A stretch of DNA of 64,000 bases from Candidatus Latescibacterota bacterium (GTDB lineage Bacteria; Latescibacterota; UBA2968; UBA8231): NCBI GenBank assembly GCA_965223905.1, contig CBDCXV010000010.1, positions 1,568,001 through 1,632,000 of the forward strand, in the 5' to 3' direction. The position numbers and the translations under genes are program-made. This document shows, one piece after another, positions 42,200 through 53,383 of the stretch. Under the pieces are notes generated by a model. The model did not search any database and was not told the DNA's origin. It saw only the letters and a list, made by a program, of their open reading frames with translations. Position 1 is the stretch's first letter, and each line of letters starts with the position of its first letter.

Positions 42200-43243
42200 A
42201 TGGAGAACGTTGATAAGAATCTGGCTGAGTTTTTCGCGGACGAGCCGCCGGGCCAGAAGGTGAACTCGGTCCGCTGGCTTCAGAAGAAGGTGATGGAGAA
42301 AGCCCGAGCGCTGCCGCGCGATTTCAGCACGGTCGCTGAATGGGAGATTTTCCGGACGAGAATGCGCGAGGAACTGCCCCGCGTCATCGGCATTCCGGCG
42401 TTTCCGTCGATGAAGGAAAGTTTCGTCCGCGGTCGGACTCGACTCGGCGACGACGTCATCGTCGAGCGCGTCGACGTGTACGTGGACGACGACTACGCCG
42501 TCCCGTCGTTCGTCTTCTCCCCTGCCGCAGAGCACAGTGAGAAAAGCCCGGCGCTGATGTGGAACCCCGGGTGGCCACAGGACAAGTTCGAGGCGTCGTA
42601 CCAGAAGTTCGCCGAGCGTATGGCCAAGCAGGGTTACGTCGTCCTCATCCCGGACCACGCCCCGTTCGGCGAAACCTCGCAGGTGGGAGAAAAGAAGAGG
42701 GCAAACATGACGCTCGTGATGGGGATGGGACATGTGGTCGGCATCAGTCAGCTCGCGCTTCGCTCGGCAGAGGCATCGCGGTGTGGTGAGTACCTGCGGT
42801 CGCGCGACGACGTGGACGCTGCGCGCGTCGCCATCTCCGGCCTGTGCCAGGGTGGGATGGACACGTGGCTGACGGGCGGGATGGACGACGGCTTCTGCGC
42901 CGTGGCCCCCATGTGCTCCGCCTCCACGATGGCCGTTCACTTCGCCGAGATGCTCTACAGCGCGAATGCCGACGTTTCGCCGTTTCCGTTCGGAATCCTG
43001 GACGTCTGTGACGTCGAGCACCTGCACGCGGCTGTGGCCCCGCGACCGCTGCTGGTCCGGGCGAATCTGCCCGACAACTGGTGGCCCATCAGCGGGCTCG
43101 ACGACATCGAGAGCCTGACCCGAAAGGTCTACCGTCTGTACGGGTGCGAGGACAAGGCCGATATCCGGTCCGAGGTGCACGAGCACAACCTGACCGGCCC
43201 GTTCGCCGATGCGCTCGAAGCGTTTCTGCTGAAATACGTGTGA
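42200..43243 (+). CDS. Alpha/beta hydrolase (acetylxylan esterase/dienelactone hydrolase-like)
   Basis: GLCQGG nucleophile elbow, APRPLL. Confidence 0.75.
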   Translation: MENVDKNLAEFFADEPPGQKVNSVRWLQKKVMEKARALPRDFSTVAEWEIFRTRMREELPRVIGIPAFPSMKESFVRGRTRLGDDVIVERVDVYVDDDYAVPSFVFSPAAEHSEKSPALMWNPGWPQDKFEASYQKFAERMAKQGYVVLIPDHAPFGETSQVGEKKRANMTLVMGMGHVVGISQLALRSAEASRCGEYLRSRDDVDAARVAISGLCQGGMDTWLTGGMDDGFCAVAPMCSASTMAVHFAEMLYSANADVSPFPFGILDVCDVEHLHAAVAPRPLLVRANLPDNWWPISGLDDIESLTRKVYRLYGCEDKADIRSEVHEHNLTGPFADALEAFLLKYV

Positions 43244-43289
43244 CCACAAAAAGGTCGCCGCGCGGTCCGACCATGCAGCAGGCGGCACA

Positions 43290-45233
43290 ATGAAGGACAC
43301 AAAGTCCCCCTTCACGATCCGGGGCCTCTTCGTCGGGGCCATCATGTCCGTCTTCGTCGGCGTCGTTGCCCCGTATGGCATGATCATGGTACGGGCGGCC
43401 GAGTGGGGCTCTCATGCCTCACAACTGGGCGGCGTCTTCCTGTTCTTCGTCTTCACTTTCTTGATCAACACCCTTCTGGGACTCATCCGCCGTCCCCTGG
43501 CCCTGAACCGGGCCGAGCTCGTCCTCATCTACGTCATGATGCTCGTGGCGCTGACTGTGCCGACTCAGAACCTGCTCGTCTACATCATCCCGACGATTTG
43601 CGTCCCCTTCTACTCGGCCAGCCCCGAGAACAACTGGGCCTCTTTCATCCACCCCTATCTTCCTGAGTGGATCGCGCCAAAGGATCTCGACTCCATCCGC
43701 CACCTCTACGAAGGTCTGCCGGCAGGTCAGTCGATTCCGTGGGAGGCGTGGTTGGTGCCGTTCGTCGCCTGGTTTTCCTTCCTCATTGCCCTCAGCGTGA
43801 TGATGTTTTGTCTCTGCGCGATCCTGCACCGCCAATGGTCGACGAATGAACGCCTCGCCTATCCCATGGTCCAGCTGCCGCAGCAGATGATCGAGTCGGG
43901 CGACGATCCGCTGGCGCGAGTCGCGCCGTTTTTCCGCAGTCCCGTCGTCTGGCTCGGGTTCGCATTGCCGTTCACTCTTTGGAGTCTCACCGGTCTCAAT
44001 CACTATTTCCCGTCGGTGCCCGAATGGCCCTACGGCTTTGGCAGCTTCGAGCTGTTCAAAGGACATCACGGGGTCCTCTTGACTTTGAGCTTTTCCTGGG
44101 TCGGTTTCTTTTTTCTCGTCGACCACAGCATCGTTTTCAGCGTCTGGTTCTTCTACCTGTTTGCCAAGTTGGAGGGTGGGCTGCTCACAACGCTGGGAAT
44201 CGCCGGCGACGAAGTCCTGAGCCAGTACGAGTTCTACAACACGCCCGACATGAACCATCAGAGTGTGGGCGCTATCCTCGTCTTCGTGTTGTTCGGTCTC
44301 TGGGTCGGCCGTGGCCATCTGCGCTTGGTGTGGGAGAAGGCCTGGCATCCCGATCGAGATCGCGATGGCGTCGATGCAGAGGAGTTGCTCTCCTACCGGG
44401 CTGCCCTCTGCGGTTTTCTGATCAGCCTCGCGTTCCTGGCCATCTGGCTCTGGCTTTCCGGAGTACCGGGCGTGGCGCTGCCGTTCTTCCTTCTCCTGGT
44501 GCTCGTTTACTACATTGCGCTGACGAGGGTCACGGCAGCCGGGGGCATCCCGTCGGCGCGACCGCCGATCGTCGCCCCGTACGCCGTCATCTCGGGGATG
44601 GGCAGCTCCTTGCTCGGGAGCAAGGGGATGGTCGCCCTGAATATGGCCATGGGGTGGCAGGGGGAAATGAGGCTTTTCCCCATGATCGCCTGCGCCAACG
44701 GCCTCAAGCTCGCGGAGATGGTGCAGGGCCCGAAGGGGCGTCTCTTCTGGGGCATGTTGCTGGCGGTCACGTGCAGTCTCGCAGGAGGGACCTGGATGTT
44801 GATGACGCTCGGCTACGAGCACGGCGGCATCAATCTGCTCGGAAACTTTCTCAGCAACGGGTACACCTGGCAGTATCTGAACCCGATCCTTCAGAGCCAA
44901 CCGGAGATTGACGTGCGGGGCTGGATCTTCACCGGCATCGGCGGCGCTATCGAAGGATTTCTGATGTGGGCGAATCACCGCTGGTTCTGGTGGCCCCTCC
45001 ACCCGCTCGGGTTAGTCGTCTGCGTCGGTTACCTGGCCAGCCACGTCTGGTTCTCGGCATTCGTCGCCTGGTTGCTCAAGTTGGGTATCCTGAAGTATGG
45101 CGGTGGCTCGCTGTTCGCCAGTATCAAACCTTTCTTCCTGGGACTCATCATGGGAGAGGCGACCTGCTCCGGCGTCTGGCTCGCTATCGACTACATGACT
45201 GGAACAGTCGGAAACCGTCTGGGTTTTATGTGA
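43290..45233 (+). CDS. DUF6785/DUF6784-type polytopic membrane protein
   Basis: ASPENNW, RQW..NERLAYP, PLHPLG and KPFFLGL motifs; paralog of 21237-23228. Confidence 0.75.
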   Translation: MKDTKSPFTIRGLFVGAIMSVFVGVVAPYGMIMVRAAEWGSHASQLGGVFLFFVFTFLINTLLGLIRRPLALNRAELVLIYVMMLVALTVPTQNLLVYIIPTICVPFYSASPENNWASFIHPYLPEWIAPKDLDSIRHLYEGLPAGQSIPWEAWLVPFVAWFSFLIALSVMMFCLCAILHRQWSTNERLAYPMVQLPQQMIESGDDPLARVAPFFRSPVVWLGFALPFTLWSLTGLNHYFPSVPEWPYGFGSFELFKGHHGVLLTLSFSWVGFFFLVDHSIVFSVWFFYLFAKLEGGLLTTLGIAGDEVLSQYEFYNTPDMNHQSVGAILVFVLFGLWVGRGHLRLVWEKAWHPDRDRDGVDAEELLSYRAALCGFLISLAFLAIWLWLSGVPGVALPFFLLLVLVYYIALTRVTAAGGIPSARPPIVAPYAVISGMGSSLLGSKGMVALNMAMGWQGEMRLFPMIACANGLKLAEMVQGPKGRLFWGMLLAVTCSLAGGTWMLMTLGYEHGGINLLGNFLSNGYTWQYLNPILQSQPEIDVRGWIFTGIGGAIEGFLMWANHRWFWWPLHPLGLVVCVGYLASHVWFSAFVAWLLKLGILKYGGGSLFASIKPFFLGLIMGEATCSGVWLAIDYMTGTVGNRLGFM

Positions 45234-45428
45234 TAGAAGTGCGATACGTGCGCAGAGATCGATGCGGCCGATCAGTTGAAGGCACTACCTCGAAGCAGTC
45301 GGACTGCCAGCTCGGTCACCACCCTTCGCCTTGCCCAAAATACCGCCATCGACACAAATTCGTTTCAATGTAGACTAGCGATCTCTATGTCGCTTATGCT
45401 TCCTATTCTCTAGTGAAGGAACAGCGAG

Positions 45429-47459
45429 ATGAGAACGTCCCTGTGCCTCATTTTGTGCGCCGTCTGCCTGGGTTGGGTCGCGGACTCCAGCGCCACCCTC
45501 TACGTCTATCGCCTTGGTGGTGCCGCCGACCAACCCGAACCGGCGTTTCCGGATGCGTGGGACGTGGAATTCGTCTCCCTTCCGTGGACACCTGTAGACG
45601 AGGGCAGCTTCGGCTCCGTCCAACTGATCGAGACAGCTGACGGCTCCATCGGCCCCGAGAAGATGGACCCCGAGGTGAATCTGACGCCGACCCTGAGGGG
45701 TCGGACCGGAGGGTGGATCAAGTCCTCGGACGGATATGGCTTCAAGGACGAACCGCAGCTGGATTTCATCTTCGACGGCGATCCGACGACGGCCTACGAC
45801 GGCGGCGGCGGCCACTTCAGGGGCGGCCAGAGCTGCCCGGCGAATGGCTCTCGGTGCAACGACGAGACCAGAAACCTGCCCACGAACAGCGCCAAGGCGA
45901 GTTGGGGGGGCTCCAAGGCGGTCTGGTTCGACCTCGGTGGCGCCTTTCCGATCCGCCTGATCCGCATGTACCCGACCACCAAACGCTTCGACGAGCGCGT
46001 CCTGAAGGTATTCCTGATCGGCACGAGTGACGGCGATCCGCTCAAGGAGGGCACCAGAGACACGAACTTCTTCTGGCGCGAAGGCCCTTTCAATTTCAAT
46101 CTGCGTCACCTGATGCTGGAGAACACGGTTCCCTTGCTCGAGCTCGACATGGGTGACGTACCCGCCCGCCACATTTTTCTCGAGACCATCCCGGGCAGGT
46201 GGGAAATCGCCGAATTCGAGATCTACGGCGCTGGCGTTGCACCGTCGGCGACGTACACCTCCAACCTCATCCCTCTGGGTGAGCCCGCCAGCCTGGGGAG
46301 CCTGACGTGGTCAGGCTCGCGAGACGATGGAGCTGAGGTCGAGCTGACCGTGCGCAGCGGCAGTGACGACGATCCCAACGTTTACTGGCGCCACACGTTT
46401 CGGGGGTCGGAGCGGTCGCGGTTCGACGCTTCCGGTAAACCGCTGACGCGAGCGGCGTACCTGAAACTGGAAGGCGGCGAACGGGCCGGCATCGCGCCGG
46501 ACACACGGAACTGGGAGTTCTGGACGCCGCCACTGGACTTCGATGAGCGCAATGCCCAGCTGGTGACGGAGCGTCCGCGCCAGTTCGTGCAGTTCAATGC
46601 CGACTTCCTCTCCGAACGGCCGGCAGATGCCGGCAGCCGACTCGATTTTCTCGAGTTCACGGTCAGCAAGCCGCCGATCGTAAGCCAGCTGGTAGCCGAG
46701 ATTTCCCCGGCGGCTGTGCTGCCCAGGGAGGTGACGCGCTTCACATATACCCTGCTGCCGGAGTTCGGAAGGGATGACCTCGGCTTCGACAGTATCGAGA
46801 TCGAGACGCCGGTGCAGGCGGCGAGTGTTGACACGATCATCCTGAGCTCGCCGACGAATCCCCTGGCGATCGACACCCTCGATGTGACAGACATGGCGCA
46901 GCTGGGACCCGGCGGTTTCGTCATCACGCTGCCTGGAGCGTATCGCCGAGACCCCCAGAGCTCCCTGATTCCGATCCAGGTCATCTTCCGCGCCCAGGTG
47001 TTTCATTACGGCACCGTGTTCGAGGGCCGGGTGTTCGACAGCACGCGTGAGTGGGAGGTGCACCAGCGCTTGGCCGCAGGCGACGCCGATCCGCTGATCG
47101 ATGGCAACACCTTGAGTGTGACCCTGACCGAGGTCGAAGCCAGGGCGGTGGGAGCGCTGCGTCTATCGTCGCCGGCACTGACGCCGAACGGCGATGGGAT
47201 CAACGACGAGTTGACGATTGACTATGACCTCGTCAACATGGTCGGATCCGTGCCGGTAACGGTCGGTTTCTTCGACCTCTCCGGCCGAAAGGTGGCGGAG
47301 GTCGTCAGCGAGCGGGCGAGCGGGCAATGGACGGATGTCTGGGATGGGACTGACGGGAGCGGCAATCTCCAGCCACCGGGGATGTACATCCTCCGCATGG
47401 AGGTGGAAACCGATGAGACGACAGACACGGTGACCGAGGCGGTGGCCCTCGTCTACTGA
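45429..47459 (+). CDS. Secreted protein with C-terminal FlgD Ig-like domain
   Basis: Signal peptide; TPNGDGIND, DLSGRKV and WDGTD..G....PGMY motifs. Confidence 0.8.
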   Translation: MRTSLCLILCAVCLGWVADSSATLYVYRLGGAADQPEPAFPDAWDVEFVSLPWTPVDEGSFGSVQLIETADGSIGPEKMDPEVNLTPTLRGRTGGWIKSSDGYGFKDEPQLDFIFDGDPTTAYDGGGGHFRGGQSCPANGSRCNDETRNLPTNSAKASWGGSKAVWFDLGGAFPIRLIRMYPTTKRFDERVLKVFLIGTSDGDPLKEGTRDTNFFWREGPFNFNLRHLMLENTVPLLELDMGDVPARHIFLETIPGRWEIAEFEIYGAGVAPSATYTSNLIPLGEPASLGSLTWSGSRDDGAEVELTVRSGSDDDPNVYWRHTFRGSERSRFDASGKPLTRAAYLKLEGGERAGIAPDTRNWEFWTPPLDFDERNAQLVTERPRQFVQFNADFLSERPADAGSRLDFLEFTVSKPPIVSQLVAEISPAAVLPREVTRFTYTLLPEFGRDDLGFDSIEIETPVQAASVDTIILSSPTNPLAIDTLDVTDMAQLGPGGFVITLPGAYRRDPQSSLIPIQVIFRAQVFHYGTVFEGRVFDSTREWEVHQRLAAGDADPLIDGNTLSVTLTEVEARAVGALRLSSPALTPNGDGINDELTIDYDLVNMVGSVPVTVGFFDLSGRKVAEVVSERASGQWTDVWDGTDGSGNLQPPGMYILRMEVETDETTDTVTEAVALVY

Positions 47460-47539
47460 GGGAGCGGCGAAGCTATGCCGCCCTGTTCAGGCCGGCTGGC
47501 ATGGCATGGGCGGCCTCTTCTGACTGTGGAGATTTGAGA

Positions 47540-47720
47540 ATGACCAAAACCAATCATCTTCTCGACGACGAGGCTGTGCAGCAGTTCATTGTGGACGGAT
47601 ATCTACTGGTAAAGGGCGAACAGCGACCCAGCCGTACATCAGGCGATCCGCGAAGAGCTGGAGCAGGTTATCGAGGAGGAAGGAAATCCCGGAAACAACA
47701 TCTTGCCGCGGATTCCGGAG
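47540..47720 (+). pseudogene. 5' fragment of a PhyH-family gene cut by ISCR remnant 3
   Basis: LLDDEAVQQFIVDGY...EGNPGNNILPRIPE, then an abrupt switch to ISCR sequence. Confidence 0.65.
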
Positions 47721-48387
47721 CGATGCCGACCCTCTTTCCTTCGCGCTCAAAACGCCGTGGTCGGATGGGACCCGCCATCTCCTGCTGTCGCCGATGGAAC
47801 TGCTGGAGAAGCTGGCGGCTCTGGTTCCCCCGCCCCGGTTTCATCTCCTGCGCTACCACGGGGTCCTGGCCCCCCGGGCCCGGGCCCGCGACCGCATCGT
47901 GCCGGCCCAACCGGGTGCCGAGCCGGCCGCGGAGGACGCCTCGCCCAGCGCTGCGGCCTGCGGCCATCGACTGCGCTGGGCGACCCTGCTGGCGCGGGTG
48001 TTTTCCTCCGACCTCAGCCAATGCGCGGCCTGTGGCCGGCGCCTGCGGATCGTCGCCGCCCTGACCGATCCGACCTCGATCCGGATCTATCTGGAGGGGG
48101 TAGGGCTGCCGGCGATGCCCCCGCCGAGAGCCCCGCCGCAGCCGCTGTTCGAGTTCGCCGCCTGACCTCCTCCGCGATTCGCTCCCGGCGCCGGGCGTAC
48201 GGCGGGGGGTGCCCTCAACGGTCCCTCAGGCCCCGGATTGATCCGGATACGGGCCTACAGGCAACCAAACTGTACTGCGAGCTCGGTCGAAGGACGGGCA
48301 AACGATCCTCCGGGAGCTGCCGGACCCTGGCGGTGCGCTGTCCGCCTTGACCGAGAGTCCAAAAAAGGTGCCTGATTTTACCTATGC
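47721..48387 (+). mobile_element. ISCR/IS91-like remnant 3 with oriIS
   Basis: MELLEKLAALVPPPRFH...FEFAA*; ends ATTTTACCTATGC. Confidence 0.9.
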
Positions 48388-48600
48388 TTCCCCGCCATGG
48401 CCTAGGGCATCTAGTGCGGCATTGATGTTTTTGCGAACCGGCAAAGGGCGGACGACCCCCTGGGGCGTCAGTTCGACGATCCCCAGGGGCAAGATCCACT
48501 GGCGCCACTGGGCGGCGTTGTCGAAGCGCAATTCCTCGGCATTGAGCGGAGCAGCCGCAGCAAGCGCCAGCACGGCGCAGCGCAGATGTTTGGGTTTCAT
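48388..48600 (-). pseudogene. 5' fragment of a secreted protein cut at oriIS
   Basis: Signal peptide MKPKHLRCAVLALAAAAPLNA followed by VRKNINAALDA, ending at the ISCR boundary. Confidence 0.6.
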
Positions 48601-48629
48601 CAAGGCCGCGGGGATTGGGCGCCAAGAGC

Positions 48630-50261
48630 TCACAGTTTGCTCGAGGGCCATGCAAAAGGGCACCGGCCGTCGTGCCCGTACGTGAAGAGCGCTGTCCGCC
48701 TCGGTGACTCAGCCTCCCAGCGGTACGCCCCGTGACAGACCGTCCCTCCCAAAAAGAAGAGAACAGATCCGCGACGCATTGGAATGTGGCGGATCGGCGC
48801 GCGCTCGTTGCAGACCCGCACCGAATGCGGTAAGGGGTAGTGCGATTTGTGACTGCCCGGCACTACGACAAATCCGCCATCGTCGGGCCCGACGTCGGTG
48901 AGCTGCCAGGCGACGTTGATGCCCGACCTCGTGTGCACGCGCCCGTTTACCATCTCGTAGTGCTTGCCGATGCAGGTCGGGTTGGCGTTCCCCGAGTGCA
49001 GCATCTGCCCGCTCGAGCCTTTGACGTGGCACAGGGCCGTGTTCTGAGTTTCCCTGTACCCTGGTCCAATCATCCAGTTCAGGCGCTGGATGACGGCCGG
49101 ATGCGCCAGCATTTTGAGGAAGGGCGCATTGTGCGGCGCCGGTAACTGAAACAAGTCCTTCAGATCCGGCCGGCCCGTGCCCGAGATCGTCGGCGCCCCA
49201 GGGATGTCGGCAAGCGTCACGTCCCCGTCAAGCTTGTCGCCTGCGCCCCGGTACACCAGACGGTCGAGGTTGGCGTCGATGCCCGCCACGGCCGCATCGA
49301 CCCAATCATCGTCCATGACGCCCTCGACCAACAGGAAGCCCTGGGTGTCAAACGCCCAGCGCTCGGCATGATCATCTCGGCGTTCGAACTCGAGGGCAGA
49401 GGAGGCCCTCTGCGCCGCGTCGGCATCGGCGGCGGAGGTAAGCCAGGTGGCAGTGCCGTCCGACAGGAGCAGGCGACGCGAGTCGCCGCCCGCCAGCACG
49501 GTTTGCTCGGCCTCGCCCAGCCCTTCGGCCCATGCGGGCAGGGGCTGCTGGTCCTGCTGGTCAGGTGGCCCCTGTGGCCGAGCCGTGCGCGAGATGAAAT
49601 TTACCACGAGTAGCTCGCCTTCATCACCCTGCGGGCAAATCCCGTGCAGCGTGCTGGCGGCGCACAGCAGCACGTCGCCCGCCGCCAGCGCCGGGTGCTC
49701 GGCGAAGCGGCTGGAGGATGAAAGCGGTGGGGCAGGCAGCCCGCTCTTGTGCGAGGAGGGCACGACCACCAGCGGGCACTTGCCTTCTGCGGAGTCCGTG
49801 AGGGCGATGGCCACCACCAGCCCCTGGCACTGCCGGATGCGGACCTCTTCCCAGGCGCCGCCGGCTCGCGTGAGCGGAGTTCCGTCGGCGTTGCGGCCAT
49901 TCCACCCCGCCAGGTTGATGTACGCCCGGTCCAGCGTGTGCACCCCGCCTTCCAGTGGCAGCGAGGCTTCGTCGTACCCTCCTGCGGCGGCAGGGACGTG
50001 CCTCGCAGGGCCGTCCTGGCGAAAGCCATCGCCGCACAGTTCGCGCACGTAGCGTCCGACGGCGCCGGCCTCGCTGCAGAGATCGCCCAGCCCATCGCCG
50101 CTGTCGCGGCACGCGGACAGTTCGGCCTGGCTGAGGAGTTGCGGCAACACGACGAACCCGAGCGCGTCGAAGGTGAAGTTCTGCTCTATGGTAAGGATCG
50201 ATGGCTCGTGTACGTGCGTCGCCTCGTTCCAGTGGTTCACGGTGTAGGTGTCGATGCCCAT
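48630..50261 (-). CDS. Tandem-domain PhyH-family dioxygenase
   Basis: Two FD..GF...VPxSHKS...HG repeats. Confidence 0.8.
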   Translation of the reverse strand: MGIDTYTVNHWNEATHVHEPSILTIEQNFTFDALGFVVLPQLLSQAELSACRDSGDGLGDLCSEAGAVGRYVRELCGDGFRQDGPARHVPAAAGGYDEASLPLEGGVHTLDRAYINLAGWNGRNADGTPLTRAGGAWEEVRIRQCQGLVVAIALTDSAEGKCPLVVVPSSHKSGLPAPPLSSSSRFAEHPALAAGDVLLCAASTLHGICPQGDEGELLVVNFISRTARPQGPPDQQDQQPLPAWAEGLGEAEQTVLAGGDSRRLLLSDGTATWLTSAADADAAQRASSALEFERRDDHAERWAFDTQGFLLVEGVMDDDWVDAAVAGIDANLDRLVYRGAGDKLDGDVTLADIPGAPTISGTGRPDLKDLFQLPAPHNAPFLKMLAHPAVIQRLNWMIGPGYRETQNTALCHVKGSSGQMLHSGNANPTCIGKHYEMVNGRVHTRSGINVAWQLTDVGPDDGGFVVVPGSHKSHYPLPHSVRVCNERAPIRHIPMRRGSVLFFLGGTVCHGAYRWEAESPRRTALFTYGHDGRCPFAWPSSKL

Positions 50262-50720
50262 AGTTAGACCTCGATGGATTCTGGAGGGTGGACGGTGTTT
50301 TCTGGCATCTCTCCGTCCCACTCAACATCCGCGCGAAGCTACCTACCGAGAACACCGCTATGGCGGCAAACTAAACAAAGTTCGCGTATCTTACAACTAC
50401 GGCTCCTATTGAGCAAACTTCAGGAGAAAAATTGAAAGCCCAGACAAATCAGCTATTCGAGAATATGGGGGATGGCACCTTTGCCGAAGTGCCCCTGACC
50501 TCGGGCGCGGGACTGCAGATCGAGAAGGTAAGCAGGGGCGCTATTGCGGAAGCCCTGCGCAAGGAAATCCGCGATCCGTCTGTCCGTGCGATAGCCGACA
50601 GGTGGATGATTGGCAGCATAGACCTCTTCAACGACAACCACATGTTGGACGATGATCCGGCACAGCGGCCCCTGCAGTTGAAGCTTTATGAGTGCCTATG
50701 CGTACGATAAGCACGAAGAG

Positions 50721-50785
50721 ACATAACAAGCGAACCATCGGCTACAGCGGATGCCTGAGCGCCGCCGCTAAGCCGCACGTTGTTT
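50721..50785 (+). other. Degenerate attC-like site
   Basis: ACATAAC...CCGCTAAGCCGCACGTT shortly after a stop codon. Confidence 0.35.
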
Positions 50786-50836
50786 GGCTCTAGTAGCTCT
50801 ATTTTATGTATGGAGGAGCCTAAATCCCATATCATA

Positions 50837-50931
50837 TATCAACACGGTTTGCGCTGCGCGACATATGTCGCTTGGGGCTTCGTCCAATCCTCCGCTGCGC
50901 CTCGGGTTCGCAAACCGGAAAGCTGTTAAAT
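50837..50931 (+). other. attC-like site
   Basis: AAC...GTTAAAT ends with a perfect inner inverted repeat CGGTTTGCG/CGCAAACCG. Confidence 0.55.
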
Positions 50932-50962
50932 GACATGGGCCTTATATGAGAAGAGACGAGTT

Positions 50963-51407
50963 TTGACCGTTCGCCTTGAATTCGAGCAGGTGCTTCCTTC
51001 CGCTGAGGATAGGTTTCGGCCACTGGTTGACGCCTACTGGTTGGAGACAATGCCAACTGCAGATTCCGGAGCCAAGGATTTTCTGGTGCCTCAGCGAGGG
51101 GGCCCCGGTTGGATTTGTTTCATTTTCAATTAGTGGCACTAGCGCGAAGATCAATGACTTCTACGTTGTTCCTGCGCAACGCCGGGAGGGCATTGGGTCA
51201 TTCCTTGTACAAGCCGTAACAGAAATCACCGACGGCTTGGGTATCGATCGGATTGACTTGAATGTACGCCGCGACAATCCAAGCGCCCTGACGTTCTGGG
51301 AGTCCCAAGGCTTCATGATCGGACATCACGAATTGACTCAATACAGAAATCCGCACAAACGCATTGGATTTACTCATTTATTAAGGCTACCTCTTCGGCT
51401 ACTTTGA
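50963..51407 (+). pseudogene. GNAT acetyltransferase, frame broken near 51065
   Basis: FYVVPAQRREGIG and N.SALTFWESQGF motifs. Confidence 0.7.
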
Positions 51408-51717
51408 GACCGAGACGGATATTGCCACGGCTCTCGACGACTTTCTCGCGGAAGAGGCCACGCAGTGCTGGGGGGAAGCCAACGAGGGGTTAGTCGAAAT
51501 ACCGGAGGGCGGCCCCAAAGACGCACTAGTCGAACTAGAAGAGGGCTTCCACCTCGATTAGCCCCAAGAGTCCCTTGCGCCGCGACCAAGTGGCCATACT
51601 AGTATCACCCTGCATTGGAGATTTGCCGTCGCGCTGTGGACTGCGGTGGACTGCTATTTAGGTGCCCTGCTGACGATGCGTAGTATGGCGCGGTTACAAA
51701 CGCTGCGCCGATAGTGA

Positions 51718-51951
51718 TCAATCTGTCATCGTCATCTTGCGAGCGTGGGTAATGTCCTTGTCGGTTACTAGGCGGGCCTGCGATGGCAGCACTGTTGCAA
51801 TGGCAACAGTATTCCCGTCGAGCGCCATGAACTCCACCACAACGGCTTCTCCCCCCGGATGGATATGCACAATCGTGCCGACGTCACCAGCCACCAACCC
51901 CTCCTCCAAGATGTCGCTTATAAGTACGATGCGTTCATGTTCTTTAAACAT
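51718..51951 (-). CDS. DUF4926-family protein (putative antitoxin/immunity)
   Basis: GLVAGDVGTIVH...VEF...G.T; RBS GGAGG. Confidence 0.75.
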   Translation of the reverse strand: MFKEHERIVLISDILEEGLVAGDVGTIVHIHPGGEAVVVEFMALDGNTVAIATVLPSQARLVTDKDITHARKMTMTD

Positions 51952-51996
51952 TTTCATCCTCCGAGCGGGTGTGCTGTGATGAGCCTGGGGCTGTTG

Positions 51997-53383
51997 TGAG
52001 GTGGACCCCATTCTTTGGACAGCCGGGCAGCAGGATTAAGGTGGATTCATTGTGGTTGATTTGCTGCCCTGTCCTTCTTGTTCTTGGGGTTCCCTGAGAC
52101 CTCCTTTCCGACTCTGCAGGATCGCCGTTTTGCTGGGTGTAGGATAGTCCACCCACCCTTGGCAAATTGTCCACACCGCTCCCTTCCGCGTTCATGCCGC
52201 TCTGCGGCCGGTGTATGCCTCCATCGGCGTCCGGTCCCCGGCCAGGCTGGAATGAGGCCGCTCTTCGTTGTAATAGCGAAGCCAGGAGGCAAGGTGCCGA
52301 CGCGCCTGCCGTCCATCCTCGAAGTCGTGCAGATAGACACACTCGTATTTGAGAGAGCGCCAGAGACGCTCGATGAAGACGTTGTCCATCCATCGGCCCT
52401 TGCCGTCCATCGAGATCGCTACCCCGGCCTGCTCGAGAACCTCAGTGAACTCCCGACTCGTAAACTGGCTGCCCTGGTCGGTGTTGAAGATCTCCGGCCT
52501 GCCGTAGCGGGCCAGCGCCTCCTGCAAGGCCTCCCGGCAGAAGGCAGTGTCCTGGGTGTTCGACAGCCGCCACGAAAGCACCGTGCGCGTCGCCCAGTCC
52601 ATGATCGCCACCAGATAAAGAAAACCCCGCTGCATCGGGATATAGGTCACGTCCGCACACCACACCTGGTTCGGCCGCTCAATCCTGAGATGTCCAAGCC
52701 GATACGGATAGATCCGATGGGATCCATCCGGCGACGACGTGTGTGGCTTGCGGTAGATGGCCGTCAGCCCCATCTGCCGCATCAATCGACGCACCCGCTT
52801 GCGGCCGACTTCATATCCCTGGCGCCGCAGGTGACGGGTCATCTGCCGCGACCCATACCAGGGCGTGGCCAGAAACTGTTCGTCGATACAGCGCATCACC
52901 TGCCGGTTGAAGGCACTCTCCCCTTGAGGCGCGTAGTAATAGGTGGATCGCGAAAGGGCAACCAAGGTGCACTGGCGCACGACAGGGAGCCGGGGATGAT
53001 CCGGATCGATCATCGTTATCCTTCGGTCGCGGCTCAACGGCCGAAGGCGCGAGACAAAAAATCGTTCTCGACGGTCAGCTGTCCGATCTTGGCGTGCAGC
53101 GCCTTGACCTCGGCCTCGTGGTCGGCGGCGCGGGAAGAGGTCTTGCGGGCGAACACCTCCGGCAGGCTCTCCCGGGCCTGCCGTTTCCACTGCGCAATCA
53201 CGTTGGGGTGCAGGTGATGCTTGGCAGCGAGCTCGGCCAGGGTCTGGTCGCCGACCAGGGCCTCCAAGGCGACTTTGGCCTTGAATTGGGCGGAGAAGCT
53301 ACGTCGTTTTCCCATGTCTCCAGTCCTTCCGTAGAGGGGTTGGATCCACCTAACGTAGCTGTCCGAATTCCGGGGTCCACCTC
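51997..53383 (-). mobile_element. IS3-family element (orfA 53034-53315; orfB DDE integrase ending at 52192)
   Basis: Terminal IRs TGAGGTGGACCCC..TGGACAGC; WCADVTY, NTDQGSQF and DNVFIERLWRSLKYE; slippery TTTTTT at the orfA/orfB overlap. Confidence 0.95.
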
